Source: the human T2T-CHM13v2.0 reference genome, Homo sapiens
Assembly (NCBI RefSeq): GCF_009914755.1
Contig: NC_060927.1
Strand: one strand, 5' to 3'
DNA length: 64,000 bases
Shown here: piece after piece, positions 45,380-58,648 of the stretch
How positions within the stretch are numbered: the first letter of the stretch is position 1
Layout of the letters: every line of letters begins with the position of its first letter
Program-made: the position numbers and the translations under genes
Notes under the pieces: generated by a model
Database searches by the model: none
What the model saw: the letters and a program-made list of their open reading frames with translations, nothing else
Told to the model about the DNA's origin: nothing

Positions 45380-45590
45380 CAGTTTCTGGAGCTCCAATGT
45401 ATGGGTTTAAATATTAGCTTTTCCACTTACAAGCTGACTGCTCTTGGGAAAATCCTTAATCTTTTTGTCTTTCCATTTCCTTGCCTGTAAAATGGGGATA
45501 ATATCTCATAGAATTTTTGAAAGAACTAAACTGGTAATTTAGTGCCAGACTAGTGCCTGGCACTTAAAAAGTACCCAGTAAAGTTTAGGT
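45380..45590 (+). mobile_element. MIR
   Basis: tttccttgcctgtaaaatggggataat...agtgcctggcac. Confidence 0.7.
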
Positions 45591-47027
45591 CATATTGTTT
45601 CAAGTTCTTGCTCCAAAAAATAAATATTTCATGATGTGTCCCCTTGTTCTTCCCCAGGTACCACCATTAGTCAGAGAAACATCTCGCCAAGTGTAGCACA
45701 GTTGATACAAAGAACCCCACTGTTTTTCCTAGAGCTTCTCTCCACTGGGTCCGTGATCAGTTAGAGTCTAGCAGGCACAAAAATGAATAAATCCTTCCCA
45801 GAATAAACTTTTTGTAAAAACCCAAGTCATCTCTTAACAACGTGGGGGCCCATCGCTCTTTGAAGAATGACTCACAGAAATGTCATTCCATTCACACCAC
45901 TGCCAAAGGAGCAGCTGCCTTGCACAAGCACAGCAAACAGTGTGTGTTAGGAAACATTCCAAGTGGATATTTTACACATGAGTCTTGGGGGATGTCTGAA
46001 TGTGGTTTTGCTACCTTCCAAAGCTGGTTAAAACTGCATGCTGGCCTTATGAGCTTGTAGGCCCCCAGCCCGTTCCTCCTATTTCTGCCATCCCCATCTC
46101 CTTACTTCTGAATCTACTCATGATTTCCACATGCAGGATTCATCTTTCTCCAGTCCTCAACCAACTCAGACTGAGGTAACCATCCCACTCAGCCCCATAA
46201 ACCCATGCGGCTTAGAACGAGTCACTTCTTCAGTCCTGAAGACTGGGTTTAATTATCGTTGTTGGGTTCCCACGTGGCTCTCTTGGGTCCACAACAAGAG
46301 TTTATGTTTCTCTATAGATCTACGATTTGTCCTGGGTCAGCTCTGTCCAACAGTCACCCTGTTTTGGGCTTGGTCAGAGAACTGGACTTCAGTCTTTGTC
46401 CCTACTCCTCAGTTCTGGCCAGTTACCCTGGATAGTAAGTAGCCCAGCCCAGCTCCCAAAAGTGGAGTTTGCCCCTCTACTGCAGACAGAGATTTCATGG
46501 GACTGACTTGCTCATACCTGTCCTCTTGGTTCCCTCTTTCAATTCGGGACCTATGGATAGGACTGTCATCTACTGAGCTCATTCCATCTGAGTAGTCACT
46601 TCTCTCTCAACCCCCTAAAACCTGTTTCCTCAAAGCTACCATTCCCAAAATTCTTATTAAGTCTAATCTGAACTCTGCCTTGGCCACAAGACTTTGTCTC
46701 TGGAACCAGTTTTTGGAACTTTCTCACCCCGGCCCAGTCTGGGGTCTGGGTTCACGTCTGTTCCTGGTCCTCTTGCTACCTGTGTGTTGCCAATGAGTAG
46801 GCATGGGATGAAGAGTATATTGTGAGTATTTCTTGGTAATTAACAAAAACACCTAAAAAGTCTTAGGCTCATGAATTAAGGGTAAATGTCAAAATATCCA
46901 CAACATCAAAACAGCAACATCAAAACATCATGATAGAAATGTGATCATATTCACTTCTCAAATTTCTTATTTCATCAAAATAAACCACCTGAAGATATAA
47001 AATATCAAAACATTTTTGAGCCAATCA

Positions 47028-47283
<256 letters not shown>

Positions 47284-47994
47284 CAATCACTGCAATATTT
47301 GTCAAAGGAGAAAGCCTCCCAATCACCCTTCAGAAAATTGTTTGACACACAGTTTCAAACATTGAAGGTATTTATCTCACTTTCCAACCCAGTGACACAG
47401 TTCCAGTGAAACAAATCAAAGGAAACAAACAAACAAAAAACAGGTGCTGCTGCACTTGGTTAAGAACACTACTTTCTTGTATGATTTGCATACATTTGCA
47501 TAGTAAAATTTTTAGCCTGTGAAATAAAATTAATGAATTAGTTCAATAGGCTGCAAACTGTAATCCAGCTCTTCAATAAGTGTATGGCTTGTGTGAAATT
47601 GTACAGATTTGTTGGTTCATCAATTTAATCACATCTCAAGTTTTCAAGACTAAAAATCCAACTCAACTCCTATGTGATGGCATGGAGAAGTATATTGTTC
47701 TTTCTGAAGAAACAGCCATATTTCCCACCCCTAAAACTTTGCCCTCTTCTCAAAATGCTCTCAGCAAGCCAGCTCCAAGACAGAGGCCCAGCATCTGAAT
47801 CCCTGTGCCCAAATGCACTAGCCCATTCTCACCTTTCCCTTTCCCACTCCCACCTGCCATATCAGAATTCAGAATCAAAAGGGGGAAAGTGATGGGGAGG
47901 AAAAGCACAAAGCTTCCTATTCTGAACTTGTGGAAACAGCAGCTACATTTAAGCACTGCAGGCCCCCTGCCCATTTCCATGTGATATCCTTTAT

Positions 47995-48914
47995 TTTATT
48001 TTTTGTTTTTTTTTGTTGTTGTTGTTTTGTTTTGTTTTATTTTGTTTTTGTTTTTTTGTTTTATTATTATTATACTTTAAGTTTTAGGGTACATGGGCAC
48101 AATGTGCAGGTTAGTTACATATGTATACATGTGCCATGCCGCTGTGCTGCACCCATTAACTCATCATTTAGCATTAGGTATATCTCCTAATGCTATCCCT
48201 CCCCCCCTCCCCCCACCCCACAACAGTCCCCAGAGTATGATGTTGCCCTTCCTGTGTCCATGTGTTCTCATTGTTCAGTTCCCACCTGAGTGAGAACACG
48301 CGGTGTTTGGTTTTTTGTTCTTGCGATAGTTTACTGAGAATGATGGTTTCCAGCTTCATCCATGTCCCTACAAAGGACATGAACTCATCATTTTTTATGG
48401 CTGCATAGTATTCCATGGTGTGTATGTGCCACATTTTCTTAATCCAGTCTATCATTGTTGGACATTTGGGTTGTTTCCAAGTCTTTGCTATCGTGAATAG
48501 TGCCGCAATAAACATACGTGTGCATGTGTCTTTATAGCAGCATGATTTATAGTCCTTTGGGTATATACCCAGTAATGGGATGGCTGGGTCAAATGTTATT
48601 TCCAGTTCTAGATCCCTGAGGAATCGCCACACTGACTTCCACAATGGTTGAACTAGTTTACAGTCCCACCAACAGTGTAAAAGTGTTCCTATTTCTCCAC
48701 ATCCTCTCCAGCACCTGTTGTTTCCTGACTTTTTAATGATTGCCATTCTAACTGGTGTGAGATGGTATCTCATTGTGGTTTTGATCTACAATGAACTCAA
48801 ACAAATTTACAAGAAAAAAACAAACAACCCCATCAAAAAGGGGGGGAAGGACCTGAACAGACACTTCTCAAAAGAAGACATTTATGCAGCCAAAAAACAC
48901 ATGAAGAAATGCTC
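47995..48914 (-). mobile_element. L1PA3-like insertion with 5' inversion (3' part 47995-48785 on minus; inverted part 48784-48914 on plus)
   Basis: 19-bp TSD TCCATGTGATATCCTTTAT at 47976-47994 and 48915-48933; 3'UTR TAGGAGATATACCTAATGCTAAATGA. Confidence 0.95.
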
Positions 48915-49299
48915 TCCATGTGATATCCTTTATAATAACACTTTGCATCCCAGAGCCCCAGTGATCCACCAGAGGCCATCAGTGCTCTCCTTCTCTGAAG
49001 ACGACTGAACGTATAAGATTCTCTTAGGAGCAAAATTCAATACCTTGCTTATGGAATTCTGTTTCTTTGTAGATTCATTAGGGAAAATGACAATGGCTTC
49101 CTCAACCTCACATGGCACTGGTGCTCTGCAGTGGAATTTCTTCATCTATAAAATGGGAATAATTCCTCTCTCTCTCCTTCCCTTCTTCCACAAATATTTA
49201 GTGAGCTTCCCCTTGGTACCAGCACTACACCAGGTTTAACTGAGTACAGCATGCCACCTCTTTTACAGGATGATGGCTATGCCTCAGCATTACGCATCA

Positions 49300-49477
49300 C
49301 ACAGACACACACACACACACACTCAATCACACCAATAGCATTTTATTGGAACACAGGCATGCTTATTCATTTATGTATTTATGTATTTCACACACAAGCA
49401 CACACACTCACTCCTGCACACCAATAGCGTTTTATTGGAACACAGGCATGCTTATTCATTTATATATTTATGTATTT
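49300..49477. repeat. Tandem duplication, ~89-bp period, of (CA)n plus a MER58 segment
   Basis: cacaccaatagc(a/g)ttttattggaacacaggcatgcttattcatttat(g/a)tatttatgtattt at ~49328-49388 and ~49417-49477. Confidence 0.92.
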
Positions 49478-49595
49478 ATCTGCGGTTGCTTTCACTACAA
49501 TGGCAGAACTGAGTAGTTGCAATAGAGATTGCAAGTACCACAAAGCCTAAAATATTTATTATGTGGCCCTCTTCAGAAAATGTTTACCAACCTCA
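49428..49595. mobile_element. MER58A-like hAT fragment
   Basis: ttttattggaacacag...ggcagaactgagtagttgc...aaagcctaaaatattta...tggccct. Confidence 0.8.
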
Positions 49596-52211
49596 GTTCC
49601 CTTAGGTAAAAGGAACCTCAGTTCCCTTAGGTTAGGGAAATTTGTAGTTTTGGAGAGTTGCAATTCTGGTTTTAATATGTGTTGGGAAATTAGTTTTAGG
49701 ATGAGAACTGCTCTATCTTCTACCAAAGTGAACATTAATAGGGACTTTGGGACATTTGTTTTTTACAGATGAAAAAATTCAAGCTCAGAGAGGATTGGCA
49801 GCTTGCCCATATTATGCAATTATTCTAATGGCAGAGCTGGGGCTGGAGTACCAGTTTTCTATCAGCCAGCCCAAAGCTATTTTTACCACAGGTAAAACCT
49901 TTAGCTGGAGAACTGTTCAAATGTACCAAGGAACAGTGGATACAACAAATATCCTTGATTTATTTCAACCTCCGTACAGAGTCATACATCCCTTCTACTT
50001 GTAAATAAATTCTATTCAAATACAGAAAATGCACAGATTATAAGTCTATAGCTTCATAAACCATTTTCCTTCTATTTTTACAAGTTGTGAGCAGATCAGT
50101 CACTACAGCAACATAGGTGACAGAGTATACAGAAAATGAAATTTACAACAAAGCAAAGGGAGAAAAAGAATCAGCTGGTGGAAAGATGGCTTTGTGTTCA
50201 GACAGGTTTGTAAGTGTGTTACAAACTCTCTTTATCAACTGATAAGAACAGCTTATTCTTCAATCAATATCTTCCTGAATTCCGCTTTTCCCAATGCATT
50301 AACTGGCTCCTTGGAATCTACACTCCTCTTCTGCAGCCTTCACTGGCCTCTCCTATCTCCAAGAGCCATCACTGTCCTTCTAACTTTCCCTATCCTTATA
50401 GGCTCATGCCAAGTCCATCTCTTCCAAATCCACTGTTTTAATATGTGTTAGGAAATACATATTGTATTTTTACATACATATTGTACATAAAATACTATGC
50501 AAGCTACGATAGAATGGGACATCTCTAATATCAGTCTTGATTGTGAGGTATAATGCAAAAAGACTCTGTCAAGGAGACACATAATTCCCGATTCAAATCC
50601 TGACTCCTCCATTCACTGACCATGTATCCTTGGGCAGGGTATTTAACGTCTCAGATGGTAATATCTATCTTGAAGAGGTGCTGTAAAGAGCAGATTAAAT
50701 AATATATGTAATGTGATTACCACAATACCAGGTATATTGTGGATGCTCTGATAGTGGTAGCTATTGTTATTGTGCTCTGACTTATCTCCAGATAAAATCA
50801 TTCATGCTTTCACTACCAACTGAAAAACTCTTAGATGTCTCACTATTAAGACCAAACTTCTATAAGCCCATTTAAATGTCTTCTGTATTTACAACCTGTA
50901 CAATCTGAGCATACTACCCTCCATCTAAGAGCACACACTCATCTTTTAAATCAGTTTATCTGTGGATTCATACACATGAGCCAATAACTCTCACAGGTTC
51001 ACAAGTCAGACAGTAAAACAATGGTGACAGCTCTTCTAATATTGTGAAGCTGCTTTATTAACTTCCTGGGATAGACAATTTATTCTTCAATCAGTGTTCT
51101 TTCCAAAGCATCAGCTGGCTCTATGGGAATCCTATACTCAATAAAAGCCCTCTCTTGGTCCATATAAAAGATAGTCACATGTTATGTGCAATTCACAAGG
51201 CATCTGATGGGAATGACAGGATTTCCACAATGCAGAGGGGTCAATTGTCTCATCCTCCCTCATTTATTCATTTCCAGGTTGTTACAACAGTTTTGGTTCA
51301 CATGGGCCTGGTTAAATGAATTTCAGATGATGATATTTAGTTTTAACTATCCCTACCTCTCCAATGGATTACTGCAAAGAAATCTTATTGAATGTAAAAA
51401 AAAATAATGTAGGCAACCAAACACCATGAAATAGCAGAGGTGACACATTTTTCTCCTAGTCTGAGGTTCTCGTTGGCCATCATACTTGCTTATAATAGTG
51501 GCAATCTTATACATGTGTCAATAGTTGCCCAAGATAATTAAAAATTATCAAGGCTTCTTGAAATATGGATTGATACATGCAATCACTGATAGGATATTCT
51601 ATATCAAGTGTATGTAGTTCTTGCTCTGAATTATTAGTTAATGATAGTAAATTTAAGTAATTTATAAAAGAATAAACATATAAACTGGAGGCACATGTTT
51701 AGAGTTTTTTAAATCATGGAATAAATGATTCAGAAATTTTATGGATCACTTCTTTAAGCAACGGGAAACAGAGGATTTGAAGCTGGGAAATGGGCATAAT
51801 CAAATAAATATTTGATAAAGATCAGTCTAGTACTAATATGATGGTTGGACTGCAGGAGAGAAAAAACATTTGTGATCATATGAGGCTGTTTTGCTGCTCA
51901 CTTCTATTCCTCCTTTTCCCATTGATTCTACTTTCTTCCCTCTGCTCAGGGCCCTAAAAGGCTTACCTCCATTGACTGCCAGCACACTGTTGGCAAGTGT
52001 TATGTTGGGTTTCACTAAAGGGATGCAGTTCTGGGGAAGGGGGGAGAAAGAGAACAGCATATTTCTTCCGAACTCCTACCCTGATCTTTAGCAGTAGCCA
52101 TGCAAATGACCATAGCTCTATCTGCAAGCCTTCAGATATCACTGGCCTTAGTAACAACACTGTTTCCTCTCCTTACCCCTTCAGGCTTATGGGTTGTAAT
52201 GTTTTCCTGCC

Positions 52212-52620
52212 AGTCTTAAGGTGGGCATCCTAGAAGCAAAGCCTGAAACAGGGATTCAGATGCACTTGATTTCCTTACCTCAGAGGAGAGGAGAGAAGAA
52301 AAGTGCAGGAAGCAAAGAAGTGGTCTCAGCTGGAGTACAGCTTCAATCTGATTCCATGGGGGCTCTGGGACATGAATTGTACCCTTAAGGAAAGAGGTTC
52401 AGCCTATTTAACTCCATGTGAGAAAGTCATGCTAGGGATGAGGGGGCATGAACTCTTAGATTTGCTGCTTCCTCCCCTTGGCTGAAAGCAATCAGGCATT
52501 CCCAAGAAAAGAGGCAGCCATGAGCCATTATCAGTCAACACTTGGAAGTCCTTGAGGGAGGGATGCACTTACTGGATAAAGGGCATGTAGGCAGAATATC
52601 ATTGGGTCTATTTTACCACA
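52212..52620 (-). mobile_element. Old ERVL LTR (LTR33-like)
   Basis: cctagaagcaaagcctgaaacagggattc... Confidence 0.5.
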
Positions 52621-52785
52621 GTGGCTGGTCTCTAGGAACCTCCGTATGAATTCCTTTAACTTTGACCACAAAACCGTAAATGTTCTTTTCATTAAAATCT
52701 CTTGAATCAATAGAGATGATTCTGTTTTCTGTCTGGAAAAGAGCTAAACTAGAACAGTACAGCTGGAATTAAAAATTAGGAGTGG

Positions 52786-53321
52786 TGTGGCAGACAGAGG
52801 CTAAGATGGCCATCTCCTGGTATTCATGCCCCGTATACCACCCTCACCTTGAGTATGGGTGAGACCTGTGACTTGCTTTTAACCAATAAAATATGGCAAA
52901 AGTAATAGAATGTCATCTCTGCCTTTATGACACCTCAGATAATGACACCATCTTGATAAGAGACTCTCTCCCTTGTTGGCTTTAATGAAGTGGCCATGTT
53001 GGGAGGCAAGGAACTGAGGGTAACATTCATCCAATAGGCAGCCAGAAACTGAGACTCTCAGTCCAACACGCTGAAAGGAATGAATTCTGCCAACAACCAT
53101 GTGAGCTTGGAAGTAGATCATTCTCCAGTTGAACCTCAGATGTGACAGCAGCCCTGACTGACACCTCGATTGCAGACTTGTGATACTTGGAGACAGTGAT
53201 TCCAAATAACCTGCAACAGTATTTCTGACCTACAGAAACAGTGAGATAATAAATGTGTGCTGTTTTAAGCTGCTAAATTTGTGGTAATATTATCTAGCAA
53301 CCAATAATTATTAATAATACA
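52786..53321 (+). mobile_element. MLT1D/E solo LTR
   Basis: tgtggcagac...taagatggcc...aataaatgtgtgctgttttaagc...taataca. Confidence 0.8.
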
Positions 53322-53345
53322 AACAGATTCAAGAGGCACTCCAAG

Positions 53346-53346
<1 letters not shown>

Positions 53347-53386
<40 letters not shown>
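53347..53386. repeat. (TG)20 microsatellite
   Basis: Direct reading. Confidence 0.97.
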
Positions 53387-53390
<4 letters not shown>

Positions 53391-54569
53391 CTCCTTTAGA
53401 TCAGGGACTACTTCTTATACTTTACTGGATCCCCAGTAGTGCTCATCTTGGTAATATTTCTGGTCTGGTGATGAAGCCAACATAAACCTTCATTTCTAGA
53501 GGGATAGGGTACAGGAAAGCAATATGGAGATACTAAAGACAAAATTCCCAACTTTTCACAATTATACTCAGGGTCCACAGCTTACCTCCTGGTGCCTGCA
53601 CAAATGAGAGCCCTGACAAAATATACTGGAGTTCATGAGTTCTTGTGCCTGACCTTGACTTTGGAGGTGGTACACAGGACAGTGAAATCAAATTGTTTGG
53701 CTTTGGTCCAGCTGAAGCTCACTGCTGAAAGGTGATCACAAAATATGGCTCTGTCAACGAGTGATCAGCTACCTCTAGGCCCAGAGAAGCGGAGTAAACA
53801 AGTAATTTCACACACTGCTAGAGAACAGGATTAATATAGCCCGATTATCAACACATTCTCCATGGCTGATTTAAATCCTCTTTGTTGCCTTTCACACAAT
53901 ACCTTGGGGAGACTAATGTCTGCTGAGAATTATTTTGATAAAAGCTGACTTTTGGCCAATTTTAGAAACAAATTATAATTGTCCTTTCACTGAGATAATT
54001 TAAGTTATTAAAAACTACCACTTCAGCATATTCACATTCTCTAACAGGAAAAACTGATCCTGAAACTTAATTAGTTTCTGAATGAGTTGCAAACAACACA
54101 AAGACAATAGAGAACTCAAGAGGGAAGAGAATCAGCTTGAGTTCACAGGGGAACCAACTGAGCAGAGCTTGTCTTAAGACTGTGTCAAGAATAAGTGCAT
54201 AATCACTCTTCTGCTTGCCTTGGCATTATTCAGCCTTTTAAAATGTCATAGTACATCCAGGGAAGGCTAGGGTGCTGGATGTCTCTATCTCACAACATTT
54301 CCATCACAATTCAAGAAACGTGTATAAGGGATCTGCTATGTGCCTGATGTGCTGAATGCTGGAGGCACTGAACATCCACTCGCTCAACCAGAGATTAACA
54401 AGGTGTTATTCCACTCAGACTTGTCAATCCATTTCCTAGGCAACATTCCTTAGATCAAGAGGAGATCTGTCTTGAACTTACCCATAGGTGGCAAGCACTG
54501 TGCTGGACACTGTAAGAGATGGAGGCATAAATGAGATAGTCCACCTGCCTGAAGTTTCATACTCTGGAG

Positions 54570-54727
54570 CAGTGCATCTCAGACTTCACCATCATCACAA
54601 ATCACCTGGGAAGCAGGTTAAAATGTAGTTTCTGTTTCAAGAGTGTGGAGTAGGGCCTGAGATTCTGCTCCCAGATGTTGTTGATCCTGCTAGCCTGCGG
54701 ACTACACCTTGAGTAACAAGGTTGCTG
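54570..54727. mobile_element. MER5A
   Basis: cagtg..tctcagactt...atcacctggg...gggcctgagattctgc...cacaccttgagtaaca. Confidence 0.75.
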
Positions 54728-54881
54728 AGTACAAACCAAGCATCTATAAAACAAGGCAAACTTCCCCCAGATATTACTTATCTTAGGAACAGACACTCGT
54801 ATATGAGATGCAAGATAACACAGGGGATAAGAGTACAGATCTAGTATTGAAGCATTTGAGTTTGAATCACAGCTCTACTAC

Positions 54882-55578
54882 TGTTAAAGTAGGTAGCTAG
54901 TCAGGCATGAGAAGTGTAAGAGAGGGCTCCCCCCACTCCATCAGGAATGTCAGGCGACCATCAGGTGATGGTCAGGCAGTTGTCACACTGTCTCTCTAAA
55001 ATAATAATTAGTCACAGCCAGTGCCAGGGAAAGGCAGTCTCCATAGATAAAAACACCTGAAACTGGTGATCAGCAGCTTTTGGATAAGATTTCAGCAGTT
55101 GGGCCAGTAGGCTCGAGCATGCATATTAAGAGCCAAAATGGTACCATTTAACTGGTATATAACCATCGGGGGCATTCCACTGGTAAGGAAAGAATGCCTC
55201 AAATGAGCATGCATACAACTCCAGTAAACACACTGCTCGTGCTCCCCTCCCAAGTGCTAGCAGGCCACTGTGCATGTGGACAACCCACTCTGAGGGAAGA
55301 ATCAGGGAAGAAGGGACGCAAGACCCCAGAAGAGTGTTAATATATAAAACCCCAAGTCAAAAGGTCAAACTGTGCACTTGTCTATCAAGTTGCCTGCTTG
55401 GCCCTCTACCAAGTATATGTTCTTTCCTTTTGTTCCTGCTCTAAAGCTTTTTAATAAACTTTCACTTCTGCTCTAAACCTTGCCTTGGTCTCTCCTTCTG
55501 CCTTATGCCTCCTTGGTCGAATTCTTTCTTCTGAGGGGGCAAGAATTGCAAACTCACATGGATTCACTACCATTAACA
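54882..55578 (+). mobile_element. ERV1 solo LTR (MER50-like) inserted in a MIR (~54830-55760)
   Basis: TGTTAA...TTAACA termini; 4-bp TSD ctac/ctat; TATATAAAA at ~55341; AATAAA at ~55453. Confidence 0.8.
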
Positions 55579-56479
55579 CTATTTACTTGTTGTGTGACCT
55601 TGAGTAAGTTACTTGAATTCTCTATATCTGTTTTACCATCTTTAAAATGGGGATAATAATAGTTCCTACTTTGTAGAGTTGTGTTCAGAATTAAGTGAAT
55701 TAATCCACATAAAAGTCTTCAGAGGAGTATCTGGGCCATAATGAGCACTCAATAAATGCAAATTACTGTGATCATTGCTGTTGTTTTTTAATTGGACCAC
55801 TAGGTTCATAGAACATTCTTTTAATTCTTATATATCTTCCCAGCATTTAACAATAGGTCATCAGATCCTCAGGATAATCCTTCACTGGATCCTTGGGATA
55901 ATCCTTTTGTAGGACCTATTAGGACACCCATTTCCATTTCATAGGCAAGAAATTGCATCCTAGAAAGGTACAACAACTGCACATAGCTGTCCAGCCACAA
56001 AGTGGTAAAGCAAGGATTTGAACCCAGGACCTCCAAATACAGAACTTATGCCCTTAACCACTTTGCTGTTCTGCCTCCTTATAGGTTAGCTGCTTAACAA
56101 GACTCTCAAAAAAGTGACAGGTGGGGATTTACACCACAGAACATCTTCCAAAATTTTCTTGGCCCATCTAGCTTCCCTGAATGTCACCTGGTGGCTGTCC
56201 CTCCCCCTCTCTGTCTCCTCCCCTTCTCTCTAAGTCCTTTAGATTTTAGATTCTTTCTTCCCCCACATTTCACAGAGAGTCCTTTATTTTGTAAATTAAT
56301 CTGCCCTCTGGGTTTCTTTCCTCTCAGGACTTTAATCATTACACACCCTGCTCAGGGCCCCTCTGCTCCCATTTTGGCAGTACAAACACTGACTTCCCAA
56401 GAGGTTGGGAAAAGGAGAAAAGCTGTATATATTTATATTTTTGTCCTCATCAAACATATAATGTTCTATAATTCGTTTA

Positions 56480-56800
<321 letters not shown>

Positions 56801-58449
56801 AACTTGCTTTCCTAGCTACTAATATTAACTACAGTAATAAAACACACTGTTTTATTTATTCCTTGAGACAACTTCTTGAGATCAGTATTGTCAGCCTCAT
56901 TTTATGGATGTGGTGGTTAAATAACTTATCCCAATGTCATAGTAAGTGACACAGCCAGGAATTAAACCTGGGTCTAGTGGCCTCTGAAGCCTGTGTTTTT
57001 GACCAATTCTTATAAGATGATTTGTAATTTGCTTAACAATTACTTTCTTTTTAGACCATGCCAAGGCAAACTTCAACCCTATTCCAATCCCAATAAATCT
57101 CTAAGGTGTAGTGTATGTATTGAGATTGTGCTCTGGCAGTGCTTAAAAATTCACTTTACTTCCTTTATTCCCAAGGCTGCTCAAGTCACTCTATATGTAA
57201 TGGTAGCTTCATCAACAAGTTGAGGGTCTAAGAACTTAAGGTCCCTCCTCTGATTATTTCAAACACTGAGCATTTGAGGAGTTATAGATGGTGGAGCTAC
57301 AACACCCAGCAAACACAGATACAAACCACATGAAACACAAAAGGCCATGGTTTTCATGAATAATACAACAATATGAGTACATGAATTAACAATATGACAA
57401 TTGTCATATGCATTCAAAATGGACAATATGCATACATGAATGTTTTTCTGGAACATACCATACCAAATCTCTCAGATGCAATAAATAATTACTTCAATCA
57501 TTTCCTGAACTTTATAATTTGAGACAACGGAGAGACCAAAAGAAAAAATCTAGCAGAAATCTCATTTCCTGAAAAACAACTTCTTGGGGAAATGTGCATA
57601 TGGAATCAGATACATTGATGTTCTTAGGAATTCTGGCCTTACAATTTTGACTCTAACAATGATTCATAAAGATGAGATTTCTCCAGAAAGTAACTATGTT
57701 TATTGCATCACATTTATATTAACTTTATAGCACTCAAATGTTTCCCATCTTCAGGAGAAGAATTTAATGTATAAGTGTAACCGAATAATTTTAAATGCTG
57801 ACAGAAAGTTTTAAGAGTTAAATTTGAACTAAATCGCAAGAGAAATCGTATAAATGACTATCTTCTTCCTGTCACAGCCCCTCCTTTTCCCGGCATACCA
57901 AAGGCAACTATAGTTCCTGAACGAGAGAGAAAAAGCAAACTTAAATAATGTTTTATTATTTTGGCACTGAAATAATTTACTCTTGTTTCTCAGGCAACTA
58001 AATTTACCAAGTAGAAAGATCAAATCTTAGTCTTCTTTTGTTCAGTTATTTTACCTTCTTAATAAAATCATAGTTTGGATTCTTCCACTAGGGTCACGTT
58101 AACAGGAAGCTGGGGGGCTCACAACGTGGATTTTGTGTTTCCAGTTAGAAAAAAAAAAAAAAAAAAACAGAGCAGGATTATTCTTATGTTCAAAGGGAGA
58201 AACGACAGACAACATATGAAGCCAGAAGCCAGTTTACTTGAGAAAGCATGATAACTGATCTACTTATGGGTCTTGTTCTGCTTCCACTCTGTCTCCTTTA
58301 AGAATTGCTTCATGTACTTTTTTAATTGACATGCTTTTGCTTAGTTGGCAGAGGACAACATGGTGTGTTTTGGGAAAGAAGAGGGGGTTGAACAGATAAC
58401 AAAGTATAAAAAGAAATACCTTTTCAGGATAAAGAGCACAATCTCTAGT

Positions 58450-58648
58450 TCAGCATTGCCCAGTAGAAATATGTGTAATGATGGAAACATTCTGTATTGG
58501 TGATGGACAATACAGCGGCTACTAGTAACACGTGTCTATTAAGCACTTGAACTGTGGCTAGGGCAATTGAGGAGATATATTTTTAATTAACTTTTTTAAT
58601 TTAAATTGAAATAGCAACTTGTGGCTAGTGACATGCACTGGACATACT
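58450..58648. mobile_element. MER3 hAT-Charlie element
   Basis: gatggaaacattctgta...ctattaagcacttgaactgtggctag...gtggctagtg. Confidence 0.8.

Noticed and set aside
48174-48773. Longest ORF in the window (199 aa)
   Set aside because: L1 ORF2 C-terminus reading into the 3'UTR after a small deletion; no promoter or independent gene structure.
49300-49632. Repeat-spacer-repeat pattern resembling a CRISPR array
   Set aside because: Only two copies each, eukaryotic transposon context, no cas genes.
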